Shown piece by piece: positions 27,101 through 33,837 of a stretch of 64,000 nucleotides of DNA. The notes beneath the pieces were generated by a model, which saw nothing but the letters and a program-made list of their open reading frames with translations, made no database searches and was not told the DNA's origin. Both the position numbers and the translations under genes were made by a program. Within the stretch, counting starts at the first letter, position 1. The number at the start of each line of letters is the position of its first letter. Source of the DNA: Akkermansiaceae bacterium. GTDB taxonomy: Bacteria > Verrucomicrobiota > Verrucomicrobiia > Verrucomicrobiales > Akkermansiaceae. The DNA is taken from assembly GCA_025363295.1 (NCBI GenBank), contig JANYEC010000026.1:5849-69848 (forward strand), written 5' to 3'.

Positions 27101-27837
27101 CAATGGCTGGCGGTTTTTGAAATGAAGTGAAGAGACTCGACTTGATCCAATGAGATGAGCGACGCGTAACGGGTGTGGCGTTTATTCATCAGCACCGCGA
27201 GTTCTGTGGCACCGGCAATAAATTCTGCGTCGGGATGTTTGGATTTGATAGAAAGTGCTTCCTCGACAGAGGAGGGCCGATACCAAATACTGTTAGAATT
27301 GCTAGAAATAGCGGGGGCGGATGGAACATCGGATGCGAGCGGCAGGCAAACGGAAGGCGCTTCTAACGATTGGAGCATGGCTTCACGGATCGGGCGATAG
27401 CCAGTGCAGCGACAAAGATTTCCGCAGAGTTGGTCGGCGATTGATTTACGATTCGGCGTTGTTTTTGCGTGATAGGCCTCAGCCATGGAACAGACGAAAC
27501 CTGGTGTGCAGTAGCCGCATTGCGAGCCATTACAATCGATCATGGCCTTCTGGACCGGATGCAGGGTCTCGTTTTGATAGAGCCCTTCCGCAGTGATGAT
27601 TTCTTTGCCGACCAGAGACGCTACCAGCGCCAAGCAACCGTTGATCGCGCGGGGAGATTGGTTTTTTTCTATCAACAAAAGCGTGCAGGCCCCGCAGTCG
27701 CCTTCATTACAGCCGATTTTGGAGCCAGTGAGTCCGCTAGAGCGCAGGAAGTCTAGGATGCTTTCGTGAATCGGAACGCATGAAACGTCCACGGCGGTGC
27801 CGTTGATGACGATGATGTTAGGGAAGTCTGTGGACAT
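24160..27837 (-). CDS. xdhAB: xanthine dehydrogenase, single-chain fusion of 2Fe-2S/FAD (XdhA) and molybdopterin (XdhB) parts
   Basis: GCNEGDCGACT, QCGYCTPGF, NLCRCTGY, FIAGATE, GGGFGGKE, AFRGFGGPQG, GQIEGGF, KAVGEPP in one uninterrupted frame. Confidence 0.95.
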   Translation of the reverse strand: MSTDFPNIIVINGTAVDVSCVPIHESILDFLRSSGLTGSKIGCNEGDCGACTLLLIEKNQSPRAINGCLALVASLVGKEIITAEGLYQNETLHPVQKAMIDCNGSQCGYCTPGFVCSMAEAYHAKTTPNRKSIADQLCGNLCRCTGYRPIREAMLQSLEAPSVCLPLASDVPSAPAISSNSNSIWYRPSSVEEALSIKSKHPDAEFIAGATELAVLMNKRHTRYASLISLDQVESLHFISKTASHWHIGAAAPLTEVEDRLAGTYPALDQMLRHFASRQIRHRATMGGNLVTASPIGDTPPVLLALDASVVLTSLTGERTVSLSDFFTGYRQTVLRDDEIMTAIMLPIDLPGRCEFFKVSKRREMDISTVSAAFRIVTDPAGMITEARLAYGGVAATPARAIKTEAALIGRSLATTDEILSLLESEFDPLTDLRGTAEYRRSLIRDLFRKFIARDTPHVIPDFGDSHFPNHSANEMPHESAIGHVTGRALYVHDTALRRSALTVWPVRSTHARATLRSIDISKALPVIGVHTILTASDIPGINNTGPACHDEPLFANEEILFHGQLIAAVVGDSLEACRIAAGLIEIEYASLAPILSIDQAIAQNSFHTESHFLTRGEIETGLTECTHFIEGEFHIGGQDHFYLETQAAWAEPDGEGGVHVSSSTQHPSEVQTIVAEILGLHKHRVVVEAPRMGGGFGGKETQGNAWAAICALAALKTGRTVGVQLDRDHDIESTGKRHPFLAKYKVGYHPNGRLHAADIQLYSDGGWSLDLSLPVTDRALFHLDNAYHIPHVRFRGQVTKTNVTSHTAFRGFGGPQGMLVIEEILARIAIQLDLPPEEVRHLNFYQGSGDTNTTHYGEEIAGNRLARIWEELLESSEFATRRGAIDSWNMSHPNRKRGLAITPVKFGISFTLKHYNQAGALVLIYADGSVQVNHGGTEMGQGLHTKILGITMRELGLPAAGIRLMHTRTDKVPNTSATAASSGSDLNGMAVADACRQLRERLIPLAAELLHCPESEVRFADSQVHGGSGQSVPFKSLTNTAYTRRIQLSAAGFYATPDLEWDWSVGKGRPFHYFAFGAAVSEVEIDGFTGMNHVRRVDILHDVGDSLNPAIDRGQIEGGFVQGMGWLTSEELKWNPAGRLLTHSASTYAIPAFSDAPQDFRVSLLNDATQPDTIHGSKAVGEPPLMLAISVREALRDAVRAFESAGDFLLPSPCTGEALKRVIG

Positions 27838-28552
27838 CTTTGTAGTAAAGGTAGCTGGCAGGTTCATCCCCCACAGCGACGAACCACTGCGGGCAATAGG
27901 GGGCCATCCAGATGACATCGCCGGCTGTCACGGGGTAGTGAGACTCCTCTAAGCGATAGATGCCTTGGCCAGAAAGCATGAGTAGTCCGTGTTCCATGAT
28001 ATGCGTTTCCACAAATGGCAGGGTGGCACCTGGTTGATAGGTGAAAATGTTGATCGCGAGATCGTAGCGGGGATCGATGGGGAGTAATGTTTGAAGTATC
28101 GCGCGGGGATTGCCAAGAAAAGGCTCACCCGTAATGTTAGAGGCTAGCCCGCTGACGAGGGGCGGGAATTCCAGACCTGGGACTGCTTCGAAGATTTTAC
28201 GAAATATGGTGATGCGTGTGGCTTCATTTCCATGAATCCTGAACGCTGTGTTTGGTGGCACGAAGATGAAGCCGGTGGTGGCAAGGGGGATCATTTCGCC
28301 AGCTAACTCGATATTGCATTGTCCCGCCTCTACATACAACGCGTGTTCGTGTTTGTCCGCAGGGAAGGGGGCGCTTCCTGAGGCGGTGAACGTGATCAGT
28401 ATTTGTGATAGATTAGCACCCATCGCCGGTGAAATCATAACGAAGCCCGTGGCGTTTTCCCAGCCGGGGAAAGCCGAGGGGACATGCCCGTCGGGTGCGA
28501 TGAGGGCGTGGCGTTTGGAAACGACGGTGCGGGTGTGGCCGAAGAGAGACAT
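27818..28552 (-). CDS. allE: (S)-ureidoglycine aminohydrolase (bicupin)
   Basis: FVETHIMEHG, GDVIWMAPYCPQWF, YLYYKDVHR. Confidence 0.92.
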   Translation of the reverse strand: MSLFGHTRTVVSKRHALIAPDGHVPSAFPGWENATGFVMISPAMGANLSQILITFTASGSAPFPADKHEHALYVEAGQCNIELAGEMIPLATTGFIFVPPNTAFRIHGNEATRITIFRKIFEAVPGLEFPPLVSGLASNITGEPFLGNPRAILQTLLPIDPRYDLAINIFTYQPGATLPFVETHIMEHGLLMLSGQGIYRLEESHYPVTAGDVIWMAPYCPQWFVAVGDEPASYLYYKDVHRLP

Positions 28553-28626
28553 GGTTTTTTGAAAGATAGTAGGTTGGTTAGAGAAAAATTGAAATTGATC
28601 GTTTTAATATCTAACGAATGTTAGCG

Positions 28627-29901
28627 TTACTGAGGCCTGAGGAATTTGCCGTGGGTTTCTGGAGTGACTTTCTGCCCGCGCAGCCAGGTGCCCACGATGG
28701 TATAAGCAGAGGTCATTCCGAGGTAAGGTGAAATCGGGTGGCGGGTGAGAAGTTGATCCGTGGTGATGGTGAAGGGTTTATTTTCGAGGATGATAAAATC
28801 CGCATCATAGCCGGGGCTGAGTGAACCTTTTTGTGGGAGATTGAAACGGCGCGCGACATTTGAAGAAAACTGGGGAATGTAGCCCTGATCTTGGCTAAGC
28901 AATAGCGGAAGTGCGTGTTGGATTCCGGCGATGCCTCCCCAGATCGCGAAGATATCGGTCCCTTGTTTGAGTGCGGGTGGAGCAGGTGAGTGGTCCGAGC
29001 CGAGGGTGTCAATTTCTCCCGTGAGAAGTTTTTGCCACAAAGCGTCGACTTTTTCGAGGGAGCGAATTGGCGGTGCACATTTAGCAGCAGGGCCGATGGC
29101 GATGGCCCTCTCATCATCTAGCAGTAAATAGTGCGGGCAGGTTTCGACAGTCACGCGGACTCCCCTTTTTTTGGCTGCCGTAACGAGATCGATTCCCTCA
29201 GGACAAGTGACGTGGACGATGTGAAGATCGCATCCGGTTTCACCCGCCAAATCGAGGGCGATACGTATGGCGGAAAGTTCGCCTTCAATGGGGCGTGAAT
29301 CGAGCCACGCGCGCATGTCGGTGGAGGCAGGCGGATGGGCTAACTGATGATTTCGAATGACTAACGGATCTTCTGCATGTACGGCAACGGGAAGTCCGAT
29401 GCGGGCGGCGATTTCCATTCCTTTGCGGAGCGTGGACGGATTCGCGTCTTGAAATTCAGCGAGACCGGATGGGCACATGAAGGCTTTGAAACCGATAGCT
29501 CCGGCATCTGCCATGGCTTCCAGATGATCGAGTGAATCAGGTGTTAGACCTCCCCAGAGCGCGAAATCGAGACAAGATTTCTGTTCAGCAATGCGGCGCT
29601 TTTTTTCGAAGGCGGCGCGAGTGATGACGGGCGGGCTAGAGTTCAGCGGCATGTCGAAAAATGTAGTGCCACCACCCGCAGCGAGGGCGCGAGAGCCGGT
29701 GGAAAGTCCTTCCCAATCCCCCCGGCCAGGTTCGTTAAAATGGACATGGGCATCGATCCAGCCGGGCAGGATTGTAGCTTCGCCGACGTCGATTTCCGCA
29801 TGAGCGGAACCTAGAATGTTAGGTTCTACGTCGGTGATGATGCCATCGCGAATCGCAAGCGAACCACGGCTGGTGTGAACAATGAGGTCGTGGTCGCTCA
29901 T
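28627..29901 (-). CDS. allB: allantoinase
   Basis: PGWIDAHVHFNEPG, GGTTFFDMPLNS, HAED, HIVH, ETCPHYL, KCAPPIR, SDHSP, WGGIAG. Confidence 0.93.
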   Translation of the reverse strand: MSDHDLIVHTSRGSLAIRDGIITDVEPNILGSAHAEIDVGEATILPGWIDAHVHFNEPGRGDWEGLSTGSRALAAGGGTTFFDMPLNSSPPVITRAAFEKKRRIAEQKSCLDFALWGGLTPDSLDHLEAMADAGAIGFKAFMCPSGLAEFQDANPSTLRKGMEIAARIGLPVAVHAEDPLVIRNHQLAHPPASTDMRAWLDSRPIEGELSAIRIALDLAGETGCDLHIVHVTCPEGIDLVTAAKKRGVRVTVETCPHYLLLDDERAIAIGPAAKCAPPIRSLEKVDALWQKLLTGEIDTLGSDHSPAPPALKQGTDIFAIWGGIAGIQHALPLLLSQDQGYIPQFSSNVARRFNLPQKGSLSPGYDADFIILENKPFTITTDQLLTRHPISPYLGMTSAYTIVGTWLRGQKVTPETHGKFLRPQ

Positions 29902-29941
29902 GGAGCAGTGGATTTGATGAGATATCCCATCGGCTAAAAAT

Positions 29942-29956
29942 AGCAGATGGCGGGCC
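29942..29956 (-). promoter_or_regulatory. 15-bp motif GGCCCGCCATCTGCT in putative allB promoter spacer
   Basis: Identical copy at 31618-31632. Context TCGCAA-17bp-TATTTT with TG at the extended -10 position. Confidence 0.5.
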
Positions 29957-30028
29957 GGGTTGCGAGGTTGGGGGTAATTATAATCACCAGAATTACGATG
30001 TTTTGTCTGCGCAGCAATTGGGAAGCAA

Positions 30029-31264
30029 TCACTTCGACATATCCGCAGGAATAAGAGATTTCAGAAAATGAGTTAGAATTTGAATGCCGGTGTTGATGTC
30101 TTCGGGCGTGGCGTATTCGTCCGGGTGGTGGCTAAGGCCATCACGGCAACGGATGAAGAGCATCGCGATGGGGCAAATTTTTGATAGAATCACTCCATCA
30201 TGTCCCGCGCCGCTGGCGAGGGTGCGCTGCGACCCAGTGATAGATGTTAGTGATGCAAGCAGCGAGGCAGTTAGAGCGGGATCGCAGCGGGTGGAGGGGT
30301 TGTCTTGGATGGGCTGCCAATCGAGTGCCAGTGAGCGTTTTTCAGCGATGTGGAGGCAGGTTTGGTGAAGATCGTCGAGATCTTGTTCGCGGGCGACGTC
30401 TTCGGGGTGGCGGAGGTCGATGGTGAATGTGGCGCTCTGGGGAACCGAGTTAGACGCACCGGGATGAATTTGGATTTTTCCCACGGTGATGACGAGGGGC
30501 GGCTTGGACTTTGCGAGGGTTTCACCTGCGAGAATGCACTCGGCGGCACCTGCTAACGCATCGCGGCGGAGAGGCATGGGCGTAGTCCCCGCATGATCGG
30601 CGCGTCCGGTAAGCGTGACTGTTAGGCGAGACTGCCCGGCGATGGCGGAAACGACGCAGGCGGCCTCGCCAGCGGCTTCGAGCACGCGGCCTTGTTCGAT
30701 GTGGACTTCAAGATAGCCCCGGCATTCACCTTTGGTATAGCGGATGGAGGTGGATTCCTCATACCATCCTTGATCTTCGATGGCTGCTGCGACGGTATTG
30801 CCACCCGCGTCCCGAGTGGCAAGCGTGGCGGAATCGAGTGCTCCGATGACCCCTCGGCTTCCGAGGTAGGTTGTTTGAAAACGGGTGCCTTCCTCGTCGG
30901 AGAATGCGAGAATATGAACAGGGAAGGGAAGGGTCGTATTTTCCTGTTGGAGAGTTTCCAGAGCAGCAAGTGCGGTGATGATGCCGAGTGGCCCATCAAA
31001 TTTTCCGGCATCAATGACGGTGTCGATGTGGGATCCTAGCAGCAGAGGAGGAGCAGTCGGATTTGATCCTGCTAGAATTCCTCGGACGGTGCCATCGGCA
31101 GTGTGGGAAATCTCCATGCCAAGCGATGCCATCCACTCGAGAATCTGTTCGGCTGCCTGACGGTTCGCGGGCGAGAGGAAGCTACGAACGAGATAGGAAG
31201 GGGAGTCCGAAACAAGTCCGAGTTGGTCGAGGCGGGCAACGGCATTTTGGAGAGGTGAAGGCAT
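30029..31264 (-). CDS. allC: allantoate amidohydrolase (M20 family)
   Basis: GSHIDTV..GKFDGPLG, FSDEEGTRF, EVHIEQG, HAGTTPM, SGAGHDG, GLSHHPDE. Confidence 0.92.
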   Translation of the reverse strand: MPSPLQNAVARLDQLGLVSDSPSYLVRSFLSPANRQAAEQILEWMASLGMEISHTADGTVRGILAGSNPTAPPLLLGSHIDTVIDAGKFDGPLGIITALAALETLQQENTTLPFPVHILAFSDEEGTRFQTTYLGSRGVIGALDSATLATRDAGGNTVAAAIEDQGWYEESTSIRYTKGECRGYLEVHIEQGRVLEAAGEAACVVSAIAGQSRLTVTLTGRADHAGTTPMPLRRDALAGAAECILAGETLAKSKPPLVITVGKIQIHPGASNSVPQSATFTIDLRHPEDVAREQDLDDLHQTCLHIAEKRSLALDWQPIQDNPSTRCDPALTASLLASLTSITGSQRTLASGAGHDGVILSKICPIAMLFIRCRDGLSHHPDEYATPEDINTGIQILTHFLKSLIPADMSK

Positions 31265-31281
31265 TATGATAGATTTCGGAT

Positions 31282-31605
31282 TTAGCTGCCCCGATAGGTC
31301 GAGTAAGAGTAGGGCGAGCAAGCGATTGGCACATGGTAGTTTCGCCCGTCCTCCACGAGGAAGCGAATCGGAATATCATTGAGAAAAGTCGAGGCGATAC
31401 CGCGCGTCCGGAAGTAATCGCCCATGGAAAATACGATTTCATACTCGCCGGGGCTAGCAGCGAGCAGGAGTGGCGAATCGCAGCGGCCGTCGGCATTCGT
31501 GCGCGTATCGATGAGCATTTGGCCAGCGTGAAAGAGACGGATGCGGACATTTTCCGCCGGTTCTCCAGATGCGGTGTCGAGAATGTGTGTGGTGAGTTTT
31601 CCCAT
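31282..31605 (-). CDS. uraH: 5-hydroxyisourate hydrolase (transthyretin-like)
   Basis: LTTHILDT, TNADGRC, YHVP, C-terminal YSTYRGS. Confidence 0.95.
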   Translation of the reverse strand: MGKLTTHILDTASGEPAENVRIRLFHAGQMLIDTRTNADGRCDSPLLLAASPGEYEIVFSMGDYFRTRGIASTFLNDIPIRFLVEDGRNYHVPIACSPYSYSTYRGS

Positions 31606-31617
31606 CCCTGTGAGATG

Positions 31618-31632
31618 AGCAGATGGCGGGCC
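31618..31632 (-). promoter_or_regulatory. 15-bp motif GGCCCGCCATCTGCT in putative uraH promoter spacer
   Basis: Second identical copy. Context TTGCAC-17bp-TCATCT-7bp-ATG. Confidence 0.5.
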
Positions 31633-31750
31633 CCGGTGCAAGGATCGTGCGATAATCCGGTGATTTTGAAAAATACGGAAAAACATTCTCATTCCTCCCC
31701 ATTTGAGCGATAAGTGTGCCTCTCCAAGCTCCATCCCTGAAACATTCGAA

Positions 31751-32029
31751 ATGCCGCCTCCACAAAAGGGTTACAAGACCATCAATCACCGTGACGTGCA
31801 ATATCGCTGGATCATGCAAAATCGTCGCGGCGTCAATGAGCTGGTGATTGAAGCGAGCGCACCGGTGAATGGGCAGAACGTCATTGCCGAGCTGCCACGG
31901 ATCGTCAGTTACGACATGGTCACAGCGGCGATTGATTTCGCAAATGCCAATGGCTGGAAAATGAATGAGTCGGCTCCTCCATTCCGTTGCAAGTGGGAGA
32001 GAAAAGCATTTCAACTACCGGAGTTGTAA
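31751..32029 (+). CDS. hypothetical protein
   Basis: ORF with plausible composition filling the gap between uraH and the DMT gene; start could be 31703. Confidence 0.55.
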   Translation: MPPPQKGYKTINHRDVQYRWIMQNRRGVNELVIEASAPVNGQNVIAELPRIVSYDMVTAAIDFANANGWKMNESAPPFRCKWERKAFQLPEL

Positions 32030-32093
32030 TTGGTTCGTGGGCGCGCGTGGAAATCGGCTTGCCCGCCCCGAAATGACGCGTTAACTCATTAGA

Positions 32094-32432
32094 ATGGTGG
32101 GTATCAAAACGGTTGTCTTGCTCGCGCTTTCAAATGTCTTCATGACCTTTGCTTGGTATGCGCACTTAAAGGACCTGAAGGATAAAACTTGGTTTGTCGC
32201 CGCCCTGATCTCATGGGGCATCGCGTTTTTCGAGTATATGTTACAGGTCCCGGCGAACCGGATCGGCTCCACGGCGTTCACGTTGCCGCAGCTCAAGATC
32301 ATGCAGGAGGTAATTACTCTAACTGTCTTTCTGCCGTTCGCGGTGTTTTTCATGAAGGAGAAAATCAGCTGGAACTACGCGGGTGCCGCCGTCTGCCTTG
32401 CGGGTGCGGTGTTTTTCATTTTCAGAAAATAG
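32094..32432 (+). CDS. DMT family small membrane protein (DUF486-like)
   Basis: SNVFMTFAWYAHLK, SWGIAFFEYMLQVPANRIG, QLKIMQEVITL. Confidence 0.9.
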   Translation: MVGIKTVVLLALSNVFMTFAWYAHLKDLKDKTWFVAALISWGIAFFEYMLQVPANRIGSTAFTLPQLKIMQEVITLTVFLPFAVFFMKEKISWNYAGAAVCLAGAVFFIFRK

Positions 32433-32456
32433 GCGTGCCGTGGTAAAAATCCGCAC

Positions 32457-33026
32457 ATGGTAATTGCTTTCCACAAGCCGTATGGTGTTCTCTGCCAGTT
32501 CACGCAGGATCAGCCGGGGCAGCGGACTTTCGCGGAATTCGGATTTCCGGCGGGAGTCTATCCGGTCGGGCGATTAGATATGGATTCTGAAGGTTTGATC
32601 CTATTGAGCGACGAAGCAGGTTTTAATAATCGGCTGCTAGATCCAAAAACGGCGCACCCGAGAACTTACCTCGTGCAAGTAGAGGGGCTTCCGACGCAAT
32701 TAGCAATTGAGCGGCTTGCAAAAGGCGGCCTAACAATCCAAGGCCACCGCACGCTTCCCTGCGGTGCGCGGCTTCTCGATGCCGCGCCCGACGTGGCACC
32801 GCGTGATCCGCCGGTGCGCTTTCGAAAAGCGATTCCAACATCGTGGTTAGAGCTTCAACTAACGGAAGGGAAAAACCGCCAAGTAAGGCGGATGACGGCA
32901 GCGGTGGGGTTCCCGACGTTGCGCTTAATTCGGCGAGCCATCGGAAATTTTGCCTGCCCCGATCTTCCAAAAGGTGAATGGCGGGAATTGAAGGCCACAG
33001 AAATTCACTTGATCTGGGAAAAGTAA
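32457..33026 (+). CDS. rluE: RsuA/RluE family pseudouridine synthase
   Basis: FHKPYGVLCQF, GRLDMDSEGL (catalytic Asp), EGKNRQVRRMTAAVGFPTLRLIR; no S4 domain. Confidence 0.85.
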   Translation: MVIAFHKPYGVLCQFTQDQPGQRTFAEFGFPAGVYPVGRLDMDSEGLILLSDEAGFNNRLLDPKTAHPRTYLVQVEGLPTQLAIERLAKGGLTIQGHRTLPCGARLLDAAPDVAPRDPPVRFRKAIPTSWLELQLTEGKNRQVRRMTAAVGFPTLRLIRRAIGNFACPDLPKGEWRELKATEIHLIWEK

Positions 33027-33030
33027 AATC

Positions 33031-33213
33031 ACCGCGATCGTGGTTTCCTTCCCACTGCCCCGATCACTGGGGGGCGACCGGGGCAGCTACACACATACTA
33101 TGCTGGGGGGAGCCCCACGGTCCGAGGCCTCAGAGCAACGGAAGGGGGCACGAAAAAGTGATGTGCTAACTAAAACGCGGATTCGAAGAATTTGCAACCC
33201 ACATGATCGCGGT
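33031..33213. other. 183-bp structured intergenic element with paired ends (MITE or ncRNA candidate)
   Basis: Ends ACCGCGATCGTGG / CCACATGATCGCGGT are complementary; internal hairpin CTGCCCCGATC...GACCGGGGCAG; lies between convergent genes. Confidence 0.4.
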
Positions 33214-33232
33214 ATGTCCGCGCTGCGGGTGC

Positions 33233-33652
33233 CTACCATCCATCGTGATCGGCCGGTTCGTGTTGTTCGATGGCCGAGAGTGAGCATTTCATGTACAGTT
33301 CTCCTATCGGCGGAACCATATCGGTCCCTGATGGGTTACCAAAAAGGTAAATGCCCTGGCCCGGGCAAATCGGAGTGGCGCCGAGAAAGCGCCCCAACCC
33401 GATCACTTGGGTTTTCAGGTTGGGCACAATCGTCCCTGGAGCGTATCCGTTAAGATTAGCGTAGCCTCGGACAGACTTCTGGACGTTTTGGAGATTCATA
33501 ATGCATACCGCTCTATCAGTACCACGCTTCCAACCCGTCGCTCCGAAAAATAAAACGGTGGTGAGCAGGAGTAAGACCAAAATGACCACGGTTAACTCAA
33601 GCAGAGTCATCCCGGAAAGCACCCTCTGGCCTGATGGACGGCGGACCTTCAT
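33233..33652 (-). CDS. prepilin-type N-terminal cleavage/methylation domain protein
   Basis: G|MTLLELTVVILVLLLL class III signal; C-terminal CPGQG...C pair. Confidence 0.85.
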   Translation of the reverse strand: MKVRRPSGQRVLSGMTLLELTVVILVLLLLTTVLFFGATGWKRGTDRAVCIMNLQNVQKSVRGYANLNGYAPGTIVPNLKTQVIGLGRFLGATPICPGQGIYLFGNPSGTDMVPPIGELYMKCSLSAIEQHEPADHDGW

Positions 33653-33837
33653 CGGACTCGTAAATTGTTGGTGGAAAACCCTAGACACAAATTTAGCTTG
33701 GCTAAACATCACGGAACTCTAGATGTTCAGTATGCGCAATGTGTATTTTTAAAATTTGATCTCAGAAGCGGCGATTTCGGTGATTTAATCGAAATTTTAA
33801 TGCTTTTGATTGGCTGAGCGGCACCACGACTGAAAGT

